From positions 272,483 through 296,482 of the forward strand of contig NZ_JBBMEX010000002.1 in assembly GCF_040096355.1 (NCBI RefSeq): a stretch of 24,000 nt of DNA. The letters are read 5' to 3'. The position numbers and the translations under genes are program-made. Origin of the DNA: Maccoyibacter intestinihominis. Lineage in GTDB: Bacteria > Bacillota > Clostridia > Lachnospirales > Lachnospiraceae. Shown in pieces: positions 8,991 to 17,650 of this stretch; position 1 is the stretch's first letter; each line of letters opens with the position of its first letter. Under the pieces are notes generated by a model. It worked only from the letters and a program-made list of their open reading frames with translations, did not search any database and had not been told where the DNA came from.

Positions 8991-9623
8991 ATGGGAAAAC
9001 AACAGGATAGAGAGAAAATTGTACAGGAGATTAAAGTAGCTGCTGATCTGTATAGGAAGCATTTAGTAGGTAAAAGATTTCTATATGTATTTGAAGGCAG
9101 ATATATTGAGGTGCTTTATAAAGCTGCCAATTTTAGGCACTTGACAGGTGTGGCCACGAACCTTTCAGCAAAAAAGTTTTATAGTTATGCAGCAAAAAAA
9201 ATGCTTCAGGCTTCGCAGATATTTTTTACACCGCAGCACCCTTTTTCATTGTGTAAGCGTAAGATTAAGCATATCGGACAGATTGCAATGCTGGCTGGCT
9301 CAGAAGGATTTATGCTGGAAGAGATTGTCACAGACACGAGAACTTATAAGTTTGGCACAACAGATCTTAATTTTACTCTATGCTTAAATAAAGAGTATGA
9401 TGATAAGGGGCAGCAAAAGGGCGATTGCTTTGTAGTAGAATCGCTGCGAGATGAAGATTGCTTTTCTAAAAGTAGAACAGCATATACAGTAACTCATATT
9501 TTTTCAGCGCCGAATGATGCGAAAAAATATACAAATTTACTGTTTTTAGATGAAAATGCAACGGTAGACGGTCTTCCAGATGAAATTAAAAACATGCTGG
9601 ATCAAACTTTACTACATAAATAA
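8991..9623 (+). CDS. PBECR4-like (phage-Barnase-EndoU-ColicinE5/D-RelE-like) domain protein
   Basis: FEGRYIEVLYKAANFRHLTGVATNLSAKKFYSYAAKKML matches the remembered FxHLTGv...FY pattern of this family; no search run. Confidence 0.55.
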   Translation: MGKQQDREKIVQEIKVAADLYRKHLVGKRFLYVFEGRYIEVLYKAANFRHLTGVATNLSAKKFYSYAAKKMLQASQIFFTPQHPFSLCKRKIKHIGQIAMLAGSEGFMLEEIVTDTRTYKFGTTDLNFTLCLNKEYDDKGQQKGDCFVVESLRDEDCFSKSRTAYTVTHIFSAPNDAKKYTNLLFLDENATVDGLPDEIKNMLDQTLLHK

Positions 9624-9718
9624 AAATGGAGAGTACAGGTCTTGGCGTATAGAAAATACTGCAGGATCTTCTTACGAAAGAATTTTTTAAGATATGAGAG
9701 AAAAGAGGTGCTTTCTAT

Positions 9719-9898
9719 ATGGCTACATCAAGTATCCTTACAGAGCTTGTGATTGAAGACCCCAAAAAGGCAGAAGCATTTATTAATGCACTGGAACTGT
9801 CCAGTCAAGATCCAGTATGCAGCCCGTCTGCCCCGTTCATTCCCATATTAGATAGTGTGGAAGAGATACGGAGGTTCCTGGAAAGAAAAAACAAGTAA
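9719..9898 (+). CDS. Small 59-aa protein immediately downstream of the PBECR4-like gene
   Basis: MATSSILTELVIEDPKKAEAFINALELSSQDPVCSPSAPFIPILDSVEEIRRFLERKNK*; aaaagaggtg RBS; below the ORF-track cut-off. Confidence 0.7.
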   Translation: MATSSILTELVIEDPKKAEAFINALELSSQDPVCSPSAPFIPILDSVEEIRRFLERKNK

Positions 9899-9939
9899 GC
9901 CTATGTATTGGCAAATATCTTAGATGAATAGAAGCTATT

Positions 9940-9976
9940 GGAGAGGAGTCGATATGTGACGTTCTCTCCTTTTTTA
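9940..9976 (+). terminator. Rho-independent terminator
   Basis: ggagag-ga-gtc gatatgt gac-gtt-ctctcc followed by tttttt. Confidence 0.75.
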
Positions 9977-10176
9977 TGCCTAATTGAAGAGATAATGCAG
10001 TGCTTTTTCGTAAATGGTGCAAAAATCGTTTTCAACTCGTTCAGATATAATAAATCTCTAAAACCAAAAAAGGAAAGAAATGGTAATGAAACTGGGAAAT
10101 CTTGCCTCCATAGTCCATTACCAGGGAAAGGATTTGTAATTATAATAGAGCCTGTAATCAACGAGGAGATAAAAGA

Positions 10177-10533
10177 ATGCAGAATGAACTTTATATTGTA
10201 GCAGATGCCATAAAAGCCTTGCGGGAATCCAGGGGACTGACTCAGGAGCAGCTTGCAGAGAAAGCAGATATTTCCGTATCACATCTGGCGAAGATTGAAA
10301 CACATGCCAGACTTATGGGAATGAAAACTTATATCCGGCTGTTGGAAGCTATGGATATTCCCATAAAAGAACACTTTATACACATGGGTACAGCGAAAAA
10401 AGATATGATGTTGAAGGAAAAAATCTGGTATCTGGTACAGGATTGTGATGAAAGAGAAACTAACCTTTTGATCTATTCCATAGAGGGAATTAAGAAAGGG
10501 CTAAAGAAATATCAGCAAGACAGCAGGAAGTGA
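10177..10533 (+). CDS. XRE-family HTH transcriptional regulator
   Basis: IKALRESRGLTQEQLAEKADISVSHLAKIETHARLMGMKTYIRLLEAMDI. Confidence 0.9.
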   Translation: MQNELYIVADAIKALRESRGLTQEQLAEKADISVSHLAKIETHARLMGMKTYIRLLEAMDIPIKEHFIHMGTAKKDMMLKEKIWYLVQDCDERETNLLIYSIEGIKKGLKKYQQDSRK

Positions 10534-10559
10534 GAATACAGATAGGGAGGAAAAGGGAA

Positions 10560-11015
10560 ATGTTATCAAGAGAAAAGGTGGAAGCAGTATTATTTAAAAT
10601 GGGAATGCCTGCCAATGTAAAAGGATTTGGCTATATTGTAGACAGTGTTTTGCTTCTGGAAGAAGACAGCAAGATTAAAACGACATATCTGTATTTTAAG
10701 GTGGCCCAGCAACATGGCACGACAGGGCAGCGGGTAGAACGGGCAATCCGCCATGCGTTTGATATTGTCCGAAGCTGCAGAGGTGATTATGATGTGGTGA
10801 ACCATTATATCGGTTTTATCAACTGTGCCAATTCCCCTTCCTTATCCATGCTCACAATGAAGATACGGGAGGAAGCACTGGAAGTACCGGAACCAAAACC
10901 GGAAAAGAAAGAAGAGAACGTGATTACGGGAATTACCGAAGACCGGCTTTTGGAGTTGATGCGGCAGGCATGTACGGAATTTTGGGCAGATATGATTATC
11001 CGGTTAAAAAAATAA
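10560..11015 (+). CDS. Spo0A C-terminal-domain-like DNA-binding protein
   Basis: MGMPANVKGFGYIVDSVLLL...TTYLYFKVAQQHGTTGQRVERAIRHAFDI resembles the Spo0A effector domain (LGxPxxxKGYxYLxxAI...YPxIAxxxxTTxSRVERAIRHAIE); a longer form from 10530 is possible. Confidence 0.75.
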   Translation: MLSREKVEAVLFKMGMPANVKGFGYIVDSVLLLEEDSKIKTTYLYFKVAQQHGTTGQRVERAIRHAFDIVRSCRGDYDVVNHYIGFINCANSPSLSMLTMKIREEALEVPEPKPEKKEENVITGITEDRLLELMRQACTEFWADMIIRLKK

Positions 11016-11113
11016 AGAGAAATGCAGACCGAAAACAGTCTGCCAAAACACATCAGGGTTATGGTGTCTTTTGGCAGGCTGATGTTTTCAGCCGGGAAGA
11101 ACCTTGAAAACTG

Positions 11114-11138
11114 AATATCAGTATGGTGATATTTTTTT
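11114..11138 (+). terminator. Probable intrinsic terminator
   Basis: aatatca gtatgg tgatatt followed by T-tract. Confidence 0.5.
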
Positions 11139-11527
11139 AAAACAAACGTGTCATTTCTGACGCTAATCTATAGAAATATCTTAAAGGACACAAAACATTT
11201 CGGCACATTCTATTTTGTATGATGCAGGGTCATGAGCTGTGCGAAGATACACTTGTCCGCAGTGGCAGCAGGTAAGGCAGAAAAGAAGCGGATCAAACAA
11301 GGAATCGTAGAAGATGAAGGGAAAGTGTGAGCAGCGCCCGGACATAGGCTGTGGGTGGCAGGCAGTCTGAAAGCCGAATGATAATGATACCTTTGCATAA
11401 AACACTGCAACCAGGGTAGCGTCTGGGACATGCTGCAGCGGGAAAGGGTGCTGCAGGGTGTCAGGCGGCCAGCCGGGCCGGTCCTACATGCTCCCGTTCA
11501 CACCGGGGTGAGAAAATAAAAAACATG

Positions 11528-11611
11528 CTGGCAGGGAAAGCCCTGCCAGTATGGTGTGTAAAATGGGTTCATTTTAGGGCTATGGGGAAACGCCGGTTTC
11601 TTTATAGCCCT
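11528..11611 (+). promoter_or_regulatory. Three consecutive hairpins in the leader of the resolvase-like gene
   Basis: ctggcaggg-aaag-ccctgccag (11528-11549), taaaatg-ggtt-catttta (11559-11576), agggctat...atagccct (11576-11611); no long T-tract. Confidence 0.55.
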
Positions 11612-11650
11612 GGAATGAAAACAGGAGCCAAAGAAAGAGGAGGCAGAGCA

Positions 11651-12196
11651 ATGAATAGAGAGATGTTACAAAAACTGTTTTCAGAAGATAAAGAGATCTT
11701 TCAGGGAGGAATGTTATTCCCTGCATGGATCTGCAAAGGAAAAAAAGAGATAGAAAATAGGAACAGTCCCCAGCGGGCGGCAGTGTATCTGGATATTCCC
11801 ATTCCATGTGCCGGGCTTTTGTATTATGAAAAAGAAAAAAGCCTGCATTACTGTGAACAGCAGACATACCATGTGGTTACTTTACTGGAAGGTGTAGGGT
11901 GTGGTAATTCCATAGAAAAAGAAAACTGGCAGAGGCTGGCAGTGCTTGCAGGAAAAGGCATGATTGATGTGATTGTGGTATCCGGGCTTAGCAGGTTATC
12001 CTATTGTCCGGAAGAAATTTTACAGACTATGGAACTGCTCCAGTCTTTTCAGGTGCAGATAGACTGTATCGGTTATGGGATTTTAGATTATGCCAGACTG
12101 AAACAGTATTTAATGCACACCTGGGAGAAACAGGAACAATTTGAGCAGGACTTAGATGCGTATCTGTGCAGTTGCTGTACCAGGGAAGGGATATAA
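11651..12196 (+). CDS. Degenerate serine-recombinase/resolvase-like protein, probably non-catalytic
   Basis: RAAVYLDIPIP...VVTLLEGVGCGNSIEKENWQRLAVLAGKGMIDVIVVSGLSRLSYCPEEILQTMELLQSFQVQIDCIG aligns by eye with the resolvase N-terminal fold (AxYxRxSxxx...GxxDxIxVxxLSRxxR) but lacks the nucleophilic Ser and second Arg. Confidence 0.6.
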   Translation: MNREMLQKLFSEDKEIFQGGMLFPAWICKGKKEIENRNSPQRAAVYLDIPIPCAGLLYYEKEKSLHYCEQQTYHVVTLLEGVGCGNSIEKENWQRLAVLAGKGMIDVIVVSGLSRLSYCPEEILQTMELLQSFQVQIDCIGYGILDYARLKQYLMHTWEKQEQFEQDLDAYLCSCCTREGI

Positions 12197-12450
12197 TGCT
12201 CTCGCGGGAAGAACTGCTGAAGATGCGGGAAATGACGTTTGAGGACATTGACCCGAAAGAGATACAAGATGTAGAGAAACTGAAGATTGATGTAAAAAAG
12301 AGCAAACCGGAGAAGGTCCGGGAAATCCTGGAGTCCGGAAAGAACCCTTATTTTCTGAAATATAAGGGGATCACCATAAAGATTGGGTTTGCTTCTACCA
12401 ACCGTACCATAGAGGAAGCCATGCAAAGCCTTGTGCAGATGAAATGGTAA
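12196..12450 (+). CDS. DUF6870-like small protein
   Basis: MLSREELLKMREMTFEDIDPKEIQDVEKLKID...ILESGKNPYFLKYKGITIKIGFASTNRTIEEAM; start overlaps the stop of the previous gene (taatg). Confidence 0.65.
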   Translation: MLSREELLKMREMTFEDIDPKEIQDVEKLKIDVKKSKPEKVREILESGKNPYFLKYKGITIKIGFASTNRTIEEAMQSLVQMKW

Positions 12451-12550
12451 AGCCACGACAGGGATAGGGAAGAAAGCGGATTGTTGGCAGATTACAGGGT
12501 GGACAAACCTTCTGGACTATGGTAGGATGATGGCAAGGACCCAGTAGCCT

Positions 12551-12589
12551 CTATCATTTAGGGAATCGGCTGACGAATCTAAATGATAG
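12551..12589 (+). promoter_or_regulatory. Hairpin overlapping the ribosome-binding site of recombinase 1
   Basis: Perfect 11-bp arms ctatcatttag (12551-12561) / ctaaatgatag (12579-12589), reaching into gataggag upstream of ATG 12601. Confidence 0.65.
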
Positions 12590-12600
12590 GAGCGAATACA

Positions 12601-14268
12601 ATGAAAAATCAAATACTTAAAAAAATCTATCGTGCGGTTGTTTACCTGCGCCTTTCTGACGAAGATGGTGATAACAGGGAAAGCGACAGCATATCAAACC
12701 AGAGGATACTAATCCATAGCTTTTTAAAGAGCCACCCTGAAATTCAGGTGGTAAAAGAATGTGTAGATGATGGATATACCGGCACAAACTTTAACCGCCC
12801 CGGTTTTCAGGAAATGCTGCGTATGCTGGAAGAGGGGGAAGCAGACTGTATTATTGTCAAAGACCTTTCCCGTTATGGAAGGGACTTTTCCGGTGTTTTA
12901 CAGTATGTGGAACGTATCCTGCCGAAAATGGGTGTGCGCCTGATCCTTGTCAATGACAATTATGACAGCCTCACGCCAAATCGTGATTTCCTTACCCTGA
13001 GATTTAAAAGTTTAATCAATGACCTTTACCCTGCGGATACTTCCAAAAGTGTGCGTTCCCATTTGTATGTCAAAATGACAGCCGGGCAGTGTGTAGCGCC
13101 TTTTGCTTTTTATGGTTATCTGAAATCCGAAGAGGATAAACATAAGCTGGTCATGGACGAAGTGGCAGCTTCTGTTGTACGGGATATTTACCACATGAAA
13201 ATGCAGGGCTACAGCCTGACGGATATATCCGAAGAATTAAACCGGCGTGGGATCTTGACGCCTCTTCGGTATAAGCAGGTATATTTAAAACAGAAATTAA
13301 AGACAGGGTTCCGTCTGACGGAAAAACCGGTCTGGATGCCAACTATGGTGCGTCGTATCCTTCTTGATGAACGCTACACCGGAGTGCTGATACAGGGAAA
13401 AACCACAACGCCAAACCATAAAGTAAAGGTTGTGATCCACAAAGAGGAAGCTGAGTGGATACGGTATGAAAATGCTTTTGAGCCGGTTATCAATAGACAC
13501 CAATATGAAGTGGTGGGCAACCTGATGAAAATGGATACCATGAGAGGTGCAAAGGGGCTAGCGCTTCTTTCAGGCCTGGTAAAATGTGGGGACTGTAAAG
13601 AAAGCATGGTACTGAAAAGCCCAGATAAAGTCCACCACTATTATGTATGTTCGACTTCCCTTTATGAAAAGCAGTGCAGTTCCCATAGTATCAGTGAGAA
13701 AAAACTGGTAGGAGCTGTGACAGAGGCAATCCTGCATTATATTTCTGTTCTGGTGGAGCTGAAAGAGATACTGGCGTATGTAAAAACTGCCTCAATCCCA
13801 AGACAGCGGCTTTTGGAAGAAGACAAAAAACTGGAGATGCTGGAAAAGGAGAGCCAGAGGATTTTAAACATTAAAGTAAAACTGTATGACAGTTTTGCAG
13901 AAGAAATCCTGGACCGGACAGAATTTGAAACCTTCAAAGCAAAGTATGACCAGTCTTTAGAGGAAATCCGGCAGGCAATGGAGTGCCAGCAAAGGGAAAT
14001 CCGAAACTTGCAGGAAACCCTTGAAAAACAGCAGGAGTGGCTGGAATATTTTCTGGAATACCGGGACCGGACGGAAGTGGACCGCTTAATGCTGGTAAAC
14101 CTGGTCAAACGGATTGAGGTATATGAGCAGAAGCGCATTATCATTCATTTTTGGTTTGAAGATGAATTTGAAAAGGTATTGGGACTGCTGGAAACGGTAA
14201 ATAGAGCAAAGCCGGATCAGCATGTGGAAGCCTTCCTGAAAGGAAAGGGGGCGGAAGCAAGTGCCTAA
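12601..14268 (+). CDS. Large serine recombinase 1
   Basis: VVYLRLSDEDGDNRESDSISNQR, DCIIVKDLSRYGRDFSGVLQYVE, zinc-ribbon VKCGDCKESMVL...YYVCSTSLYEKQCSSHSI, C-terminal coiled coil. Confidence 0.95.
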   Translation: MKNQILKKIYRAVVYLRLSDEDGDNRESDSISNQRILIHSFLKSHPEIQVVKECVDDGYTGTNFNRPGFQEMLRMLEEGEADCIIVKDLSRYGRDFSGVLQYVERILPKMGVRLILVNDNYDSLTPNRDFLTLRFKSLINDLYPADTSKSVRSHLYVKMTAGQCVAPFAFYGYLKSEEDKHKLVMDEVAASVVRDIYHMKMQGYSLTDISEELNRRGILTPLRYKQVYLKQKLKTGFRLTEKPVWMPTMVRRILLDERYTGVLIQGKTTTPNHKVKVVIHKEEAEWIRYENAFEPVINRHQYEVVGNLMKMDTMRGAKGLALLSGLVKCGDCKESMVLKSPDKVHHYYVCSTSLYEKQCSSHSISEKKLVGAVTEAILHYISVLVELKEILAYVKTASIPRQRLLEEDKKLEMLEKESQRILNIKVKLYDSFAEEILDRTEFETFKAKYDQSLEEIRQAMECQQREIRNLQETLEKQQEWLEYFLEYRDRTEVDRLMLVNLVKRIEVYEQKRIIIHFWFEDEFEKVLGLLETVNRAKPDQHVEAFLKGKGAEASA

Positions 14269-15952
14269 GGTAAGCAAAAGAGGACAGAAAAGACAAAGCA
14301 GCAAGCCGGAAATGAAGTATCTGAGAACCTATATTTATGTAAGGCTTTCCGAAAAGGACGGAGGGCATGGCAGAAGGGATTCCATTTATATCCAAAAACA
14401 GATCTGTGAAGACTACGCAAAGAAACACCCGGAAATGCTGGTGGTAAAAGTCTATGCGGATAATGGTGTGACAGGTACAACGTTCCAAAGGAACGCATTT
14501 GAAGAGTTGATGGAAGATGTGGCAAATAAAAAGGTTGACTGCATCATTGTAAAGGATTTTGCCCGGTTTGGAAGGGACGCCTTAGATGCTGTAGATTTGA
14601 TTGATGTAATTTTCCCAACTTTAAATATCCGGTTTGTTTCCGTTATGGACGAATATGACAGTGCGAACCCGGCTTGTGTAGAAGACCGGACCACCAATAT
14701 TTTGAAGCACTTTATGAATGATTATTATGCCAGGGAAGTTTCAGAGAAACTGGTACAGGCACACCGGCTGTCCAGGGAGCGGGGAGAGTTCTGGGGTTCC
14801 AGACCTCCTTATGGATACCAAAGGGCAGAGGAAAACAGCAAGAAGCTGGTGCCGGAACCAGAGGAGGCAGAAATAATCCTGCAGATTTTTTACTGGTATG
14901 TGTTTGAAGAAATGTCAAGCTATGATATAGCAAGGGAACTGAATGGCAGAAAGGTATTAGGACCGGAGGACAGCTATCAGAAAAGGAAACAGGGAAAGGA
15001 GCCGGAAAAAAGGCGGTTATGGAGATCAGACGGTATCAGGAAGATTTTACAGAACCCCGTTTACATTGGTGCTGCTGTTTATGGGAAAACAAAACAGATG
15101 CTTGCACAGAATATTCCTCTTCAGATGATACCAAAAGAGCAGTGGGAAGTGTGTGAAAATGCCTGGGAAGCAGTTGTGGAACGGGCGATTTATGAAAAAG
15201 CACAGGAAATTGCAAAGGAACGCTGGAAAGATACGTTAGATAACTGGGCTGCAAACCCAAAAGAAAAACAGGGGGCAGATGGTTCTTTTAAGGGAAGAAT
15301 TTTCTGTGGACATTGCGGAAAACGCCTTGGAAGGTGCAGGAGCGGAGGCAATGAGAAACATAAATATATGGTTTATAAATGCCCTTCTTTTTCCCTTACA
15401 GATCATACGGAATGTTTCCGCACGGTGAATGAAATCTACATCAATCAGGCAGTCAAGGCAGCACTCCGCTACCAGATCCAGCTTGCTGTGGAAAGTAAGA
15501 AGACCTATGGTGCAGAGTTTTATCAAAAGCTGGAGCAGGAGGTAGCAGAAAAAATAAAAAATGCCAGACAGAAGTATGAGAAATATGGAAGAAAACTGGA
15601 AATCTTGTTTGAGCATTATGCTACCGGACTGTTGGACTGCAAGGAATATCAGGAGATTAAATCAATCTATCAGGAAGAACAGCAAGCAGCCAAGCAGAAT
15701 ATGAAGCAGGTACAGCTTCGTGGACAGAACCTGTTAGATCAGGTGAAGGCAAGAATGGACTGGACAGAGGAACTTCTAAAGTACCAAAGATTCCAGAAGA
15801 TAGAGAAAGGGATTGCTGACCGCTTTATTGAAAAGATTACGGTATATTCCAAAGACTATGTGGAAATCGTGTTCTGGTTTGGGGATTTATTTGAAAAGGA
15901 GCTGGAAAAAGAACTGGTCAATATGGAAGGAGGTCTTCCGTATGCAGTATGA
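14261..15952 (+). CDS. Large serine recombinase 2 (GTG start, overlaps recombinase 1)
   Basis: YIYVRLSEKDGGHGRRDSIYIQKQ, GVTGTTFQRNAFEELM, DCIIVKDFARFGRDALDAVD, zinc-ribbon FCGHCGKRLG. Confidence 0.95.
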   Translation: MPKVSKRGQKRQSSKPEMKYLRTYIYVRLSEKDGGHGRRDSIYIQKQICEDYAKKHPEMLVVKVYADNGVTGTTFQRNAFEELMEDVANKKVDCIIVKDFARFGRDALDAVDLIDVIFPTLNIRFVSVMDEYDSANPACVEDRTTNILKHFMNDYYAREVSEKLVQAHRLSRERGEFWGSRPPYGYQRAEENSKKLVPEPEEAEIILQIFYWYVFEEMSSYDIARELNGRKVLGPEDSYQKRKQGKEPEKRRLWRSDGIRKILQNPVYIGAAVYGKTKQMLAQNIPLQMIPKEQWEVCENAWEAVVERAIYEKAQEIAKERWKDTLDNWAANPKEKQGADGSFKGRIFCGHCGKRLGRCRSGGNEKHKYMVYKCPSFSLTDHTECFRTVNEIYINQAVKAALRYQIQLAVESKKTYGAEFYQKLEQEVAEKIKNARQKYEKYGRKLEILFEHYATGLLDCKEYQEIKSIYQEEQQAAKQNMKQVQLRGQNLLDQVKARMDWTEELLKYQRFQKIEKGIADRFIEKITVYSKDYVEIVFWFGDLFEKELEKELVNMEGGLPYAV

Positions 15953-17516
15953 TTTTATTTTTGCTTATCTGCGTCTTTCCAGAGATGATAAAGAAAAAAT
16001 GGAGGAAAGCAACAGCATTAAAAATCAAAGGCTTTTGATCCAGCATTTTGTAGAAAAACAGCCGGAATTTGCAGGGGCAAAGGTTTTCTTCTTTGTAGAT
16101 GATGGTTACAGCGGTACAACCTTTGACCGCCCGGAATTTAAGCGCATGATGGGGCTGATTACCAGGAGAAAACGGATCTGTATCATTGTCAAAGATTTGA
16201 GCCGCCTGGGAAGGGATACCATAGAAACACAAAACTATATCGAAAAAATATTTCCGTTCCTTGGGGTGCGTTTCATTTCAATCAATGATTTTTATGACAG
16301 CAGCCAGAAACCTTCCGAAAGAAAGGATACGGAGATTAAATTTAAGAACCTAATCAATGGGATTTATCCCCAGATTTGTTCCGACAATATCAAAAAAGTT
16401 ATGAGGAAACAGGCTGAAATGGGACAATATCATGGTTCAATCCCAACATACGGATATTGCTTCCATGACGGTGTTCATACAAAACTTCATCTGGATACGG
16501 AGGCAGCTTCCGTTGTAAGGGGGATTTTCGACCAAAGGTTGGAAGGAAAGACCTATGCAGACATTGCCAGGGACCTGAATAAAAAAGAAGTTGAAACACC
16601 TACCGTATATCTTCAAAGGAAAGGCTGGGCGCCGGAAGCAAAGAAATCTGTGAAATTCTGGGACGGAAATTTAGTAAAGCTGATTTTGTTTAATCCGGTT
16701 TATGCAGGACTGACGGTAAGAGGGAAAACAGAAACCAGGGTTCCGTCAAAAAGAGAGTACCGATATATTTCAAGAGAGGATTGGATTTGCGTAAAAGGAG
16801 GACACGAAGCGATTGTAACGGAGCAGGAGCTTCAGAAGGTCCAGGACATGGTACAGAAGGACAGAAAATATCATGGGTCTACACCGTCTTCTGAGAATAT
16901 TTTTGCAGGCCTGATCCGCTGCGGGCATTGTGGTCGGAAAATGCGGATACGGACAGAATACAAAGAAAAGCCGATTTATTGTAAAAGTGTTACGACAGCC
17001 CCCAATGCTTCCTGTTATCCAAAGAAATATAAGCAGAAAGAGTTGGAAGAACTGGTGCTAATTATGATAAGACAGCAGGCAGCCCTTGCAGAGGATACCA
17101 TAAAGCAGTTAAAGAAAGCCAATCAGACTTTGAATATTCCGAAACTCCGGTATCGGAAAAAGCAATATGAAAAGAAGCTGGCACTTTGCAAACAGGAGAA
17201 AATGGAACTATATGAACAATATGTAGAAGAACAGATTTCTTTGAAGGATTACCTGGCACGAAAACAAACCTATATGGAGAAAATAGCAGCTTATCAGCAA
17301 AAGATACAGGAGATAGAAGCAAAAATTTTAAAGGGGGAGGAGGAAAAACAAAAGGAGAAATCAGAGGGACTGCAACTTTTTGTAAAATATAAGGGATTGG
17401 AAGAGCTGTCTTATGAAGTTCTGCATGAGCTGATTGAAGTCATAAATTTTTATGATCCGGAACATATTGAAATTGTATGGAAATACAGGGACGAATTTCT
17501 GGAAGCAGTAGAATAA
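15942..17516 (+). CDS. Large serine recombinase 3 (overlaps recombinase 2)
   Basis: ATG 15942 after ggaaggagg; FAYLRLSRDDKEKMEESNSIKNQR, GYSGTTFDRPEFKRMM, IVKDLSRLGRDTIETQNYIE, zinc-ribbon RCGHCGRKMRIR. Confidence 0.95.
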   Translation: MQYDFIFAYLRLSRDDKEKMEESNSIKNQRLLIQHFVEKQPEFAGAKVFFFVDDGYSGTTFDRPEFKRMMGLITRRKRICIIVKDLSRLGRDTIETQNYIEKIFPFLGVRFISINDFYDSSQKPSERKDTEIKFKNLINGIYPQICSDNIKKVMRKQAEMGQYHGSIPTYGYCFHDGVHTKLHLDTEAASVVRGIFDQRLEGKTYADIARDLNKKEVETPTVYLQRKGWAPEAKKSVKFWDGNLVKLILFNPVYAGLTVRGKTETRVPSKREYRYISREDWICVKGGHEAIVTEQELQKVQDMVQKDRKYHGSTPSSENIFAGLIRCGHCGRKMRIRTEYKEKPIYCKSVTTAPNASCYPKKYKQKELEELVLIMIRQQAALAEDTIKQLKKANQTLNIPKLRYRKKQYEKKLALCKQEKMELYEQYVEEQISLKDYLARKQTYMEKIAAYQQKIQEIEAKILKGEEEKQKEKSEGLQLFVKYKGLEELSYEVLHELIEVINFYDPEHIEIVWKYRDEFLEAVE

Positions 17517-17573
17517 GAAAGAACCGGGAGAGCTTATTGTCCTGGATTCCGGTAGAGAAAAAGATTTCATAAA

Positions 17574-17611
17574 AGAGGAGGAAAACGCTGCGGTGTCTTC
17601 CTCTTCTTTGT
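17574..17611 (+). terminator. Probable terminator, copy 1 (part of the duplicated arm)
   Basis: agaggaggaa...ttcctcttct, flanking conserved gaaaacgctgcggtg; the same element recurs at about 19830. Confidence 0.5.
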
Positions 17612-17650
17612 ATTAGGAGAAAATTAGGCAAAGAAGATGGGGGAGGAGCC

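Noticed and set aside
9901-10201. Short overlapping ORFs on both strands between the 59-aa gene and the XRE gene
   Set aside because: Several short mutually overlapping frames, no good RBS or motif; the region contains a terminator and probably the XRE promoter.
11181-11431. Minus-strand ORFs of 73-75 aa in the long intergenic region
   Set aside because: Low-complexity Phe/Cys/His-rich translations without RBS or domain similarity; inverted-repeat structure explains the region better.
13737-14144. 135-aa antisense ORF on the minus strand (also 13151-13607 and 15236-15616 minus)
   Set aside because: They lie fully within well-supported recombinase genes on the opposite strand; composition is Ser/Phe/Leu rich as expected from antisense of charged coiled-coil coding sequence, and there is no RBS or recognisable domain.
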